From positions 96,001 to 160,000 of the forward strand of contig JBNGBT010000003.1 of the NCBI GenBank assembly GCA_049903315.1: a stretch of 64,000 nt of DNA. Direction: 5' to 3'. Below are positions 37,268-47,402 of the stretch, one piece after another; position 1 is the first letter of the stretch, and every line of letters begins with the position of its first letter. Below the pieces are notes generated by a model. The model saw nothing but the letters and a program-made list of their open reading frames with translations, had not been told where the DNA came from and made no database searches. The position numbers and the translations under genes were made by a program. This DNA is from Candidatus Cloacimonadota bacterium. Its GTDB lineage: Bacteria > Cloacimonadota > Cloacimonadia > JGIOTU-2.

Positions 37268-38242
37268 TTATATAGATTTCCAATATTTTGCAAGCGCCTG
37301 CAGCGCCAATGCTTTCCTGCCCTCATACTCATAGTAGGTTTGTATGGTTGAGTCGGTTTCCCGCTCCTGGAATCTCATCTCATCATGGTTTATGCCATCG
37401 AGAAAACTGAACAGGCATTTGGGGAACATCTCAATATTATAACCGCCCTCAAGCGTGGCAAATACATTCTCGAAGTTATCAGTAAGCAATCTGCCGATTT
37501 TATAATATGAATTCAATGAAAAGCGGAGGTCGAGAAGGAGGTCATACTGATGTGAGTCAAATCCTGCTGAGACAGCAACGATTTCGGGATTGAATTCTTT
37601 TGCAATCGGAAGGAAGCTCTCGACTGCGTCCATAAAAATTTCATCTCCACTACCTGGAGGAAGGGGAACATTTATTGTGTATCCTTCACCTTTCCCAACT
37701 CCGATTTCATGCGCATCTCCGCCGCCCGGAAATGCAGGATACTGATGAAGCGACCAATACATTACCTGGTCTGAAGTATTGAAGAATTTCACTGTGCCAT
37801 CTCCAAGGTGTCCATCAAAGTCAAAGATGAGTACTCGCTTGCTGTTGTTTGCATGATATTGAGCAGCAATTGCAATATTATTAAACAGGCAGAATCCGCT
37901 TGATCTGTCTATGTGCGCATGGTGACCCGGAGGGCGTGTTAAGGCAAAATCTCCTGTTTGGGATGCCATGATCGTCGCTCCCACTGCATATATGGCAGCT
38001 TTATAACTGCCCGGTGATACGATCGTGTCATTATCAATATGACCCCCGACCATGCATGCTTTTTTGATGCGCTGAATATATTGGTGAGTATGCACAAGCG
38101 TAAGATATTTCTCGCCATTCTCAACCTCTGTGATAGGCAGGTTGCCAAGCGAGGTGAGCCTTTTTTTATTTTCCGGATGCATACCCGTATCATGCTCCAA
38201 AAATACAGGATTATAGATTAATTGCATTTTGTAGCCTTTCAT
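37268..38242 (-). CDS. Zn-dependent histone-deacetylase-family (AcuC-like) deacetylase
   Basis: HPEN..RL, RPPGHHA, GFCLFNN, DFDGHLGDGT, SLHQ, SAGFD, LEGGY. Confidence 0.92.
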   Translation of the reverse strand: MKGYKMQLIYNPVFLEHDTGMHPENKKRLTSLGNLPITEVENGEKYLTLVHTHQYIQRIKKACMVGGHIDNDTIVSPGSYKAAIYAVGATIMASQTGDFALTRPPGHHAHIDRSSGFCLFNNIAIAAQYHANNSKRVLIFDFDGHLGDGTVKFFNTSDQVMYWSLHQYPAFPGGGDAHEIGVGKGEGYTINVPLPPGSGDEIFMDAVESFLPIAKEFNPEIVAVSAGFDSHQYDLLLDLRFSLNSYYKIGRLLTDNFENVFATLEGGYNIEMFPKCLFSFLDGINHDEMRFQERETDSTIQTYYEYEGRKALALQALAKYWKSI

Positions 38243-38465
38243 AAAGTTAAATAAATATGTATTTTAAGAATTTTTTTATAATATATCGACTTTAATGTGC
38301 TTCTTTGATACCCGGCAAAAGCTGTCAAGTAGAAAGCGAAATATTGTTTCAGATTGTGAACCCGAACCCGGATCTTTTCATTAGTGAAAAAAGTAAAGTA
38401 TACGAAGTTATATTTCAGGAAAAAATAACTTTCATTTCTAAAGAACTGTGGAGTGCCGGATAATT

Positions 38466-41400
38466 TTATTTGAACAATAACATCTTTTTAACTTTTGAGT
38501 AAGAGCCTGTGTCAATTTTATATAAATACACACCTGAAGGCATGTTTTTTGCATTCCAGGTGACTGAATAATTACCCTGTTCTTTTTCTTCATTCACAAG
38601 TGTTTGTACCAGCCGACCGGTTATATCAAATATTCTCAATGATATTTTAGCTTGTTGAGGTAACGTATAATGTATTGTTGTTATAGGATTGAAGGGATTG
38701 GGATAATTCTGGCTGAGCACGGAGAGATGTGGTTCATTAAATTGGTTGCCACCTGGTATACTATAACCTCCCTGAATCCCTTTGATATTGCTCCAATCAC
38801 TTTCCAGGCCAGTGCCATCGGATGCTATTACTCGATAATAGCTGTCATACTGGGATAATTCGTTAATATGAAAAGTAGTATCCTGGATTTCGCTGACGAT
38901 ATTTTGTTCCTCAAACCAGTGAGCAGGATAGATATCATCCACATAAAATCCGGAGCCGCTTATAACGAAATCGCTTTTATATCTGAACCGGATATAAACA
39001 GACTGACCTTCATATGCACTTAAGTTAATGGTTGTATGTGTCCAGGAATCGCTGATACCAGTATAGGTTTTCAAAACCGTATATTCTTCACCGTCTTCAG
39101 AAATTTCCACATATACATAGTCCCAATCTGGTTCCATAATGTGCCTTTTCCAAAAGCTGAGATCTTCATTTTCTTCAATTAAGATTGGGGCAATTGTCGT
39201 AATAGAAGTGATGAGGTCCGGACCTCCTCCTGAATTAAAGCAGTAGAGACTATTTGGTCCACCAGTAACAACCGAGAATCCTTTATTATCCCAATTCTCC
39301 AGATCAACACACTCTTCGGTGACTTTTAAAGGATTTCTCATCTCCTTGAGCGTATAAGATACTGATCCTCCACCGTAGTCCGAAGAAGGCGACCAGAATA
39401 TATCATAGCTGCCATCATTACATTGGATGTCATAAAGTTCAGGTTTCGTAGGTGGAATGTTTGCAACTGTTTGAGTTCGGAAATATAATCGGGTTTCTTG
39501 GGCATCTTGTGTGTCGAATCGTGTAAGATACCTGCAATCAGCATCCGGTTCAAATGGCAGCTCAAACGGAGGATTATAATCAACGATATCAATTAACTCT
39601 TGCACATTTCCACCTCCCAGCATTTTATAAAGACTCATGCCGACTGTCGGAGAATCAGTTTGACCCGAAATTGTGATGTTTGGTGAGTAATCCGAAGAGA
39701 AGAAATAGGTCGGTTCAGCAAATCCATAACCCTGCTGCGGGGGAGTTGGTGAAATATCCATGCTTACCTTTTCGTATGAATTCGAAGGTATTTGCGGAGG
39801 CATTGAAAAAGCCGGATCACCCAGAAAAACGTATTCATAGATCGTCAGATGATCTACTTCATTGTCTTCATCCAGATAAAGTACGTAATCCTCAATTGCT
39901 TTCTTTGAGATTTCCCCAAAACTCAAATATCCTTCAGAATATGCTTGTGCACAATTTATCAGAATTCCTGCTAGATAGGTAGAGCCGGCGATTATCATTT
40001 CTCCATCTTCATCAAACATATAATCATATCCGACAAATGCAGGTCTTACAGAACCCCAGAACACAATTGAGCCGGCATCCGAAAACAGGCATTTTTCCCC
40101 AAAACCATCATATTGGTTCCCGAGCAATTCGTTGTCGAACCTTCCATTATGACATGCGATCATGAGCAATACAGGGGGGTTCGTCGTCGGGATCATATTT
40201 GAGATATCATTTGATGAGATCGATGAAGTTGTCATAATAAATGATGTTCCACTTCCATGACCGCTGCAGAAAAGAATTCCAGTGTTATTATCACAGAAAT
40301 GCGGCAACAAATGAGATCGATTTTCTTTCCCGTTTGTATGAAAATTCTTCTCTATATTCATCCCGTAAAATGATTCCTTATTTACTGCATCTACCATGCC
40401 GATCTCACCCATAAGGTAGCGAGATCCGAAAGTTGCTCCACCAAAAAGCTGCACATTATCAAACCAGTCTTCATCCAGATTATTTTTCCACATTTCATAC
40501 TTGTCGACGATCCATTCCGCTTCCACAGCATCAGTTGCTGGCAAGCGCCCGATTTCGTAATTCATTATTAAATCGTAATCTGGGGATGCATAAAAAATAT
40601 CAGATACGATCCAATTATTAGAAGCGGTGTGATAGGGAATATAGAAATAGTAACTCGGAGGTACGATAAGGGCATCTCCAAAGAGTGTAATGCTCTTTAA
40701 GTTCGGATGAGCACTTTCATGTCTCAGATATGCAATTATCTTTTTCGCTAGCTCATAATCGTACTCATCCGAAACAGGACTTCCGGTCATATTGGCATAC
40801 CCAGCTTGAACTGGTCCTTCTACTGGTAAATAATTGTTGTCAATCCATTGTGTGGTGATCACCTCAGACTGCACTTTTTCAAGAGTTTCATGCAGCGTCT
40901 CAAGTTCCTGTGCATGGCTTAGAAAAGCTGTGCTTGTGATGATTATATTTTCAGCATCAGTTCGAGTACTCAGCTTTTGCATTTTTACAGAATTTTCTAA
41001 GTTATAATTTACTTCAAAAGTGGCAGAGGTTATCAGGTTTGTTTGTTTATTCACTGGATTGTATTGCACTGGATAGAATTGGACATATGTTACAGTATTA
41101 TCAGCATCTTTTCCTGAGATATAGGATACAATCTTTCCGGGGAAGAGTTCATTTTTACTATAAATATTTTCGTCTTTGCTCAAATTAAACTCACATACCC
41201 CATTGTTAAAAAGAGCCAACGGCTTTGGTCGTGGAGCAAGATTGATCTCATTCTGTATTTCAATATACTCACCATCGATAAGTCTGATGCCTGTAACAAT
41301 AGCATTTTTGGGTAAAAGCAATTTTTGGGATGTGATATAAGTGGTGGGTGTCCCTTCTTTTCCGGTTTGTTTTAAATCTTGAATGTGAAGTATATCAAAG

Positions 41401-41606
41401 CCCTTTTCCTTGCGGTACATTTTTGCTTGTGATACATCAACCGTCATTGTGATTTTTGTTGAGAATTGACCTGTTGAAAACGAAGTTGTTTTATCTTCAA
41501 TTCCCATATTGTTAATGTTTTTTAATTCGCCAATGTGTAATTCATTTGCATAAGCAAGGAGTGTAACGAGAGTGATCAATATGAGTAGTACTACTACATA
41601 TTTCAT
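38466..41606 (-). CDS. Gingipain-like C25 cysteine peptidase with propeptide, jelly-roll domain and T9SS-type C-terminal domain
   Basis: Start MKYVVV after GGAGG; LFGD...VP, SDIFYA, IGRLP, SGHGS (His), IACHNG (Cys), FLGDPA; QNYPNPFNP...KKMLLFK. Confidence 0.85.
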   Translation of the reverse strand: MKYVVVLLILITLVTLLAYANELHIGELKNINNMGIEDKTTSFSTGQFSTKITMTVDVSQAKMYRKEKGFDILHIQDLKQTGKEGTPTTYITSQKLLLPKNAIVTGIRLIDGEYIEIQNEINLAPRPKPLALFNNGVCEFNLSKDENIYSKNELFPGKIVSYISGKDADNTVTYVQFYPVQYNPVNKQTNLITSATFEVNYNLENSVKMQKLSTRTDAENIIITSTAFLSHAQELETLHETLEKVQSEVITTQWIDNNYLPVEGPVQAGYANMTGSPVSDEYDYELAKKIIAYLRHESAHPNLKSITLFGDALIVPPSYYFYIPYHTASNNWIVSDIFYASPDYDLIMNYEIGRLPATDAVEAEWIVDKYEMWKNNLDEDWFDNVQLFGGATFGSRYLMGEIGMVDAVNKESFYGMNIEKNFHTNGKENRSHLLPHFCDNNTGILFCSGHGSGTSFIMTTSSISSNDISNMIPTTNPPVLLMIACHNGRFDNELLGNQYDGFGEKCLFSDAGSIVFWGSVRPAFVGYDYMFDEDGEMIIAGSTYLAGILINCAQAYSEGYLSFGEISKKAIEDYVLYLDEDNEVDHLTIYEYVFLGDPAFSMPPQIPSNSYEKVSMDISPTPPQQGYGFAEPTYFFSSDYSPNITISGQTDSPTVGMSLYKMLGGGNVQELIDIVDYNPPFELPFEPDADCRYLTRFDTQDAQETRLYFRTQTVANIPPTKPELYDIQCNDGSYDIFWSPSSDYGGGSVSYTLKEMRNPLKVTEECVDLENWDNKGFSVVTGGPNSLYCFNSGGGPDLITSITTIAPILIEENEDLSFWKRHIMEPDWDYVYVEISEDGEEYTVLKTYTGISDSWTHTTINLSAYEGQSVYIRFRYKSDFVISGSGFYVDDIYPAHWFEEQNIVSEIQDTTFHINELSQYDSYYRVIASDGTGLESDWSNIKGIQGGYSIPGGNQFNEPHLSVLSQNYPNPFNPITTIHYTLPQQAKISLRIFDITGRLVQTLVNEEKEQGNYSVTWNAKNMPSGVYLYKIDTGSYSKVKKMLLFK

Positions 41607-41895
41607 TTGAAGACCTCCGGATCTTATATTGATAGCAATTGGAATTAGTTTTACCAATGTATGGTTAGAACCTGCGTAAAATATAGTATGTGCCACCCCT
41701 GAAACGTTATATTTTACTGCTTCACAAAATTGCTTACTTTTTATATGCAGATTCAATTTTTCCTGTCAATAAAATCATACAGATACTTTTCGTTTCACCG
41801 TGTTTGTATAGTACAATCGTCAGATAAATCTTGCCAGAAAACTTTGGAATATCCTCCTTGAGCTCATATAAAAAATGTAGTAATGGTTTGATAAT

Positions 41896-43554
41896 ATGGA
41901 ATACACTTTTCTTACGTTATGGCTGAAGCAAAATAAAAATCACCTGATCGGCCGGACGGTGCGGGAAGTGAATTGTCATAATTCGACCTATATTTTTGAT
42001 CTTTCTTCATCACATTTTGTCATTTCCATTAATGGGCAAAACCCGCTTTGTTTTATGTCTGAAAATCTGAAATTAAACGAGAATACTGATAATCCGCTTT
42101 CACTTATTCTTAAACAGCATCTTGCGAAGAGTGTGATCAATGATGCTTCGATAAGAGACAACGATAGGGTGCTTATTCTTACTTTTGAGAAAGAGTCCTT
42201 TTATGGAGAAACATCAACCTACAAGCTTTTCATCGAGTTAATGCCGAGATATGAGAATCTGATCCTTACGAGAGTGGAAAAAAAGAGTGATGTCATTTTG
42301 GACTGCCATCGTCGGATACATGTTTCTGACAGTAGGTTTCGGCAATTGTATCCGGGAATTTCTTATAATTTTCCGCCGGCAGTTGAAAAACCTTATATTT
42401 TTTCTGTGAACAGAGCACAATTCGAGGATTTATTTCCTGAAATAGTTCCCGATTCATGGAAAGAGTTTGTCACGCATTTCAGCAATGCACCGAAATTTTT
42501 AAAAGATTTTTTCAAACCCGGCATGAAAACCGAAGAAATGTGGGAATTCCTGAATATAATCCGCACAACCTGCGACAAGTGGTCGGATAAAAATTCTGTA
42601 TTTTACAATGCGAAGAAAAAGCATCTCAACCTTTTCCAGGTTGCAAACTGCCTTGAAATGAAGACTGTGAATGATGCTCTTGCGTATGTGTATGAGCATG
42701 AGATAACGCAAAATAGGTTCATACAAATAAAGGAAAATGCAATACGTTCTCACGCCCCTAAAAAGAAGAAATTGCTTCGAACCCTCACACAACAGAGAAA
42801 AGATCTCGATGAATTGAAAAATGCTGAACACTGGCATAAGATGGGTGAGCTCCTGAAAACAAATCTTCATAAAATTAAATTCGGAATGAACGCAATAGCG
42901 GTTACGGATTATTATGATGAAGAAAATCCTGAAATTGTGATCCCTCTAAAAACAGACTGCACTCCGCAGCAAAATATGGCGCATTATTTCAAAAAATATA
43001 AAAAAACACGTTCCGGTAAAGAGAAGCTAATTAAGAATATTGCAATTCATGAAAAGAAACTGGAAGAGCTCGAAAAACAAATTGCAGAAATCGAAGAGTG
43101 CCAGAGTATAGAAATTCTTGAGCATATGCTGAAGGATCAAAAATCAATTTCAAAAACTCGGAAGAATATGACCCCTTTCAGGAAATTTTCACTTTCGATA
43201 GAAGGCAGACAATGGGATATTTTTGTCGGGCGTTCCAGCAAAAAGAATGATGAACTCACCCTTCATTTCGCAAAACCCAATGACTGGTTTTTTCATACAA
43301 GAATTTATCACGGTTCTCATATAATTGTAAAGAATCCGACTAAACTCGAGCACCTCCCCGAGCAACTCAAAGAAGTTGCCGCAGGTATTGCTGCGTATTA
43401 CAGCAAAGCTAAGCATTCTACAAAAGTACCTGTGGACTATACACTCGTACGATATGTAACAAAGCCCAGGAAAAGTGCTCCCGGGCTTGTTGTATATAAA
43501 ATTCACAAAACAGTGTTCGTGGACCCGATCGATCCAAGAACTCTGAAGTTATGA
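41896..43554 (+). CDS. rqcH: NFACT/Rqc2-family ribosome quality-control protein
   Basis: DRVL, IELMPRYENLIL, GELL, N...YFKKYKK, VGRSSKKNDEL, WFFH...GSH, YYSK, VPVDYT. Confidence 0.85.
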   Translation: MEYTFLTLWLKQNKNHLIGRTVREVNCHNSTYIFDLSSSHFVISINGQNPLCFMSENLKLNENTDNPLSLILKQHLAKSVINDASIRDNDRVLILTFEKESFYGETSTYKLFIELMPRYENLILTRVEKKSDVILDCHRRIHVSDSRFRQLYPGISYNFPPAVEKPYIFSVNRAQFEDLFPEIVPDSWKEFVTHFSNAPKFLKDFFKPGMKTEEMWEFLNIIRTTCDKWSDKNSVFYNAKKKHLNLFQVANCLEMKTVNDALAYVYEHEITQNRFIQIKENAIRSHAPKKKKLLRTLTQQRKDLDELKNAEHWHKMGELLKTNLHKIKFGMNAIAVTDYYDEENPEIVIPLKTDCTPQQNMAHYFKKYKKTRSGKEKLIKNIAIHEKKLEELEKQIAEIEECQSIEILEHMLKDQKSISKTRKNMTPFRKFSLSIEGRQWDIFVGRSSKKNDELTLHFAKPNDWFFHTRIYHGSHIIVKNPTKLEHLPEQLKEVAAGIAAYYSKAKHSTKVPVDYTLVRYVTKPRKSAPGLVVYKIHKTVFVDPIDPRTLKL

Positions 43555-43555
43555 C

Positions 43556-44449
43556 CTAATCTTCTCCATCGGCATCCTCAGAAATATCATGAAAAGTAAG
43601 GAGTGGCTGACCCGTGGAATAAAATAATTTTTTTGCAATATTTGGATGGAATAAATGTGAGAGCAAACCGCGCTTATGATGAAGCAGAGCAACCAATTCG
43701 ATCTCTTTTTCCGAAACGTATTCCTCGACTGCTTTGAGTACATCCTTATCCTGAACAACCTCAAAGAACATAATGCCTTTTTTAAACTCATCTTCAAAAT
43801 GTTCCTTTAGATAGTCCATGAGCATGTTGTCGATGAGATCCTTTTTTGAATGCTCGACATGGAGGCAATGAATCTTCACTTTGAAGGGATCGAGTATTTT
43901 AATAAGATTCTCAACAGCGGTTATATCGGATTCGTCAAAGTCTGTGATGTATAAAACATTGCGAATTTTCTGATATTCCGTATTCTCCGGTATTGTGAGT
44001 ACGGGAATTGGTGCATGTTCAAGGATTTTGAGTGCAATGCTTCCCAGGAGTCTGCCCGATTTATGCCCCTGTCCGGTTGAACTCATGATGACCATATCCG
44101 GGTGGTATGTGTCGCAGAGATCAATAATCTCATATTCTACCATACCGTTCGTTACTTTTGTCTTGAGTTGAATTGTCTTTATATCTTCATCATTAAGCTT
44201 TTTTTCGAGCTTATCTTTCAGGCGTTTCATTCCCGCTTTAGCAGCTCTTTCAATGCTATCCATAATTTCCGGAGTGACAAGTGTCGAACTGTCCACCACA
44301 TCATCTGTCATGTCTGCTGTGGCGATAGGGTACATATATGCGTGGAAAAGCATAATCTCCGCATCTTCTTTTTCTGCAAAATGAATTGCATAATTACATG
44401 CGCATTCTGTATTTTCAGAAAAATCTACAGGTACAAGTATTTTTTTCAT
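43556..44449 (-). CDS. Tandem-domain universal stress protein
   Basis: KKILVPVDFSE, LLGSIA, PVLTIP. Confidence 0.9.
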   Translation of the reverse strand: MKKILVPVDFSENTECACNYAIHFAEKEDAEIMLFHAYMYPIATADMTDDVVDSSTLVTPEIMDSIERAAKAGMKRLKDKLEKKLNDEDIKTIQLKTKVTNGMVEYEIIDLCDTYHPDMVIMSSTGQGHKSGRLLGSIALKILEHAPIPVLTIPENTEYQKIRNVLYITDFDESDITAVENLIKILDPFKVKIHCLHVEHSKKDLIDNMLMDYLKEHFEDEFKKGIMFFEVVQDKDVLKAVEEYVSEKEIELVALLHHKRGLLSHLFHPNIAKKLFYSTGQPLLTFHDISEDADGED

Positions 44450-44467
44450 CAGAACCTCTTAGATTAT

Positions 44468-45010
44468 TTATTTCTTCAGGTTTTTAAAAGGCAAATATGT
44501 CATGAAATCAGCATGATGTATGATGAGCCCTTCTGTCGTTCGCGTAAAGGAGTCACCTTCTTTTGAATGAACTGCGATCACGTGGCATACTTCATCAGGC
44601 ATGTCACACGCCTGAGCAAGCGACACACCGGTAAAAGCGTGACGAAGAAGCTGCCCGGATTTGCTGAATTTTATCGTATCACCATCTTTTTCATATTCAA
44701 GGAGTTTGCCCACATCAGCGAGTATCGCACCTGCGACGACGACATCGAGATCGATGGGAAGTTCATCTCCAAAGAATTTCTGCATGATCTTTGCTGATTC
44801 ATAGGCGACATGCACGACTGCTCGCTTATGTGCCATGAAACTCACCTTGCAGTCTTCAACCAGAAGTGTAAATGGAATTCTCTGAAGATCTTCGGGAGTG
44901 AGGACACCTTTTTCAAATGCCAATTCCCATGTTGTAGCGGTTTTCTCGCGAAGGTCTTCATTTTTTATCCAGTCGAGTTCCGGCCATAGTTTTTTGATTT
45001 CTTTATTCAT
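44468..45010 (-). CDS. HD-superfamily metal-dependent phosphohydrolase-like protein
   Basis: H..AV, GAILADVGK (AD in place of HD), RH...G, H..AVHS, HHAD. Confidence 0.75.
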   Translation of the reverse strand: MNKEIKKLWPELDWIKNEDLREKTATTWELAFEKGVLTPEDLQRIPFTLLVEDCKVSFMAHKRAVVHVAYESAKIMQKFFGDELPIDLDVVVAGAILADVGKLLEYEKDGDTIKFSKSGQLLRHAFTGVSLAQACDMPDEVCHVIAVHSKEGDSFTRTTEGLIIHHADFMTYLPFKNLKK

Positions 45011-45455
45011 TTTTCTTCACCTTTAACTTGGTGTCTATTAATGTTTTATGGGGTAAGCGGAGAAGGTTTGCGATCTTATGAGCAAGATAATCCTCATACG
45101 TGTCGAGTATCTCATCAGTATAAATGATCCTCCAAAGATTTTCGAGGATCTTCGCCTTATCTTCATCGGAGAAATGCTTGTTTATCAGATTCGTAAACTG
45201 CCACAGGTCAATGCTTTCATCGAGTGTATGCTCTGTTTTTTTTATCAGGTTTTGGACTTCATCTTCAGTAAGTGAGAACTCATTTTTTAGAATTTCAATA
45301 ATCGTTTGACGCTCCTCATCAGAAAAGTGTTCGTCACTGTTTGCAATTTCCAGAAAAAGTGCGCAGGTAGCGATTTGGATCATTTTTTCCGGAGATTCAT
45401 TATCAACCCGATCTTGGGTATCTGGAGTCTGAAAAAAATTCTTCACATTAAACAT
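45003..45455 (-). CDS. TerB-family protein
   Basis: ALFLEIANSDEHFSDEE, LWRIIYTD.ILD.YE..L.HKIANLL. Confidence 0.85.
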   Translation of the reverse strand: MFNVKNFFQTPDTQDRVDNESPEKMIQIATCALFLEIANSDEHFSDEERQTIIEILKNEFSLTEDEVQNLIKKTEHTLDESIDLWQFTNLINKHFSDEDKAKILENLWRIIYTDEILDTYEDYLAHKIANLLRLPHKTLIDTKLKVKKNE

Positions 45456-45456
45456 A

Positions 45457-47343
45457 TCACTTCTTTAAAGACGCCATTCGTTCTGTAAAGATTTTGTTTG
45501 TCGGATCGATCTTTCCTGCATTTCCATATGCCTGTCTCGCTCGTTCCAAATTATCCTGTGCTTTAAAGATATCACCAAGGAGAATATACTGGTCAAAACT
45601 GAAACCATTCAGATTGATCGCCTGATTTAATGCATCACCTGCTTCAGTATATCTCTGGAGATTATAAAGTGCTTTTGCCTTCAGATAATAGAAAAACCAG
45701 ATAGGATTGGATTCGAGTGCGTTATTCGTCTTCTCAAGCGCTTGTTCGTAATTCTCATCCTCAATAAGAAAATCAATGGTGTATTTCATAGGAGAGATAT
45801 AGGTCGGGGAAATTGCAAGTGCCCGATCAAAATAGATTTCCGCAGTGTATTTTTCATCCTTTTGATGATAAATACGTCCCAGATAGAATTGCGGCGGTGC
45901 ATAATTGCTTGCAAGCATGGATGCTTTGGTATATTGCTGTTCTGCTTCTGCGATATTACCCTCGTTCTCGAGCATCAGACCTTTATTGATCGCTTCTATG
46001 ACGATTCCGGTAACATTATTTTCTGTTGCGAGATAGGAGAGATATTGGAGTTCGAGAAGCCCCAGCAGGTTCTCGTCAGTACACTTGACGAAGGCATCTG
46101 AGATTTTCTGTGCAAAACCTTCGATAGATTTTGAGCCAAGCGCATTGAATGCTCCTATTATTTCATAATAGGGCTGCTTCTCGATCATAACCTGGTTTTC
46201 AAGATTGGTCATTGCACTATCATTGAGCACATAATGATCTCTTTCAATGATGATATTGATGAGATTGATCCCAGCAAGAAAATCGTCGAGCCATTCGAGG
46301 AGTGCAAGCCGATCTTTTTGTTCAGGAAAAAAATTCACAGTATTGGGATTTATCATATGAAGACTATCAACTGCATGTATGCTATCGGTAGAGCAGAGCA
46401 TTCTGCAGAGAAGATCGATATAAAATGCAAAACGGTTATCAGAGTAGTGCCCGTTGTTAAAAATGGAGAGTTTCTGAAGTTTGAATTCTTCGCTATATTT
46501 TTGCAGTAGACTATTTGATTCTGTCACAAGTTGAGAGAGTTTATCTTTCAGGGCGCTGCTTTCATTTGTTTGCACATAATCAAAATAAATCTGAAAACTG
46601 TCCTGCGCAGCAGTAGTTTCTTCACATATCACACTCAAGTTTTCGAGATTTTCTTGAGAAAGTGATCTTATAAATTCCAATTTCAGTAAATTGAAGGCAG
46701 ATTGGTTCGAATCGATCGTAATTTTAACATCGTTCTTTAGTAATTGCATTACCAGACGATAAAAGGAAAGTCCCTCAACTTCCGGTTTGTTGTTCAGAAA
46801 GCATTTTAGCACATCAAAGGATTCGAGGTACTTTTGCTGGTCCGCAAGTTCAGCACCCAGAGTATAGCATTGTCCGTATTTTTCATAATCAGGCCAGAAT
46901 TTTTCCGGGAGTGTAAGAGATTGAGAAATTCCGAGTTCATTTGAAAACGAAAAAGGCATCGCGAGTACTAATTCATTTCGTGGAAATGCTGCGATAATCT
47001 CCGTAAGTTTATTTTCGGTACTATATTTCGGGATGATGTTCAATGGCTGGATGATTTTTCCATTTTGTATGATATGGATAGCAGTAATATCATTATCGAG
47101 TTCCTTCTCTTTAAAATCCCATGTACCCATTGGCAGATAGCAGAAGTAAAGGGTATCGACATTTTGAAATTCTTCCACAGAGAGTGATTCCATTCCCTCA
47201 ATATCACAGAGATAAATTGAGATGATCTTTTCCTTGGAAGGCGGAAAAGTTTTTTTCTCTTTGTACAGGAGATTTGTCCCCTGAGCAAAAAGAGCACAGG
47301 TACAAAAAACGAAAATAAAAATCAAAGCTAATATTTTTTTCAT
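45457..47343 (-). CDS. Secreted TPR-repeat protein
   Basis: Signal peptide; several C-terminal TPR motifs (YLGRIY, YFDRALAISP, YILLGDIF). Confidence 0.75.
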   Translation of the reverse strand: MKKILALIFIFVFCTCALFAQGTNLLYKEKKTFPPSKEKIISIYLCDIEGMESLSVEEFQNVDTLYFCYLPMGTWDFKEKELDNDITAIHIIQNGKIIQPLNIIPKYSTENKLTEIIAAFPRNELVLAMPFSFSNELGISQSLTLPEKFWPDYEKYGQCYTLGAELADQQKYLESFDVLKCFLNNKPEVEGLSFYRLVMQLLKNDVKITIDSNQSAFNLLKLEFIRSLSQENLENLSVICEETTAAQDSFQIYFDYVQTNESSALKDKLSQLVTESNSLLQKYSEEFKLQKLSIFNNGHYSDNRFAFYIDLLCRMLCSTDSIHAVDSLHMINPNTVNFFPEQKDRLALLEWLDDFLAGINLINIIIERDHYVLNDSAMTNLENQVMIEKQPYYEIIGAFNALGSKSIEGFAQKISDAFVKCTDENLLGLLELQYLSYLATENNVTGIVIEAINKGLMLENEGNIAEAEQQYTKASMLASNYAPPQFYLGRIYHQKDEKYTAEIYFDRALAISPTYISPMKYTIDFLIEDENYEQALEKTNNALESNPIWFFYYLKAKALYNLQRYTEAGDALNQAINLNGFSFDQYILLGDIFKAQDNLERARQAYGNAGKIDPTNKIFTERMASLKK

Positions 47344-47402
47344 AGAACCCCCATGGTTGGATGAATATGAAAGCTTTATTTTGTCCAATTAGATGTCAAT
47401 TT

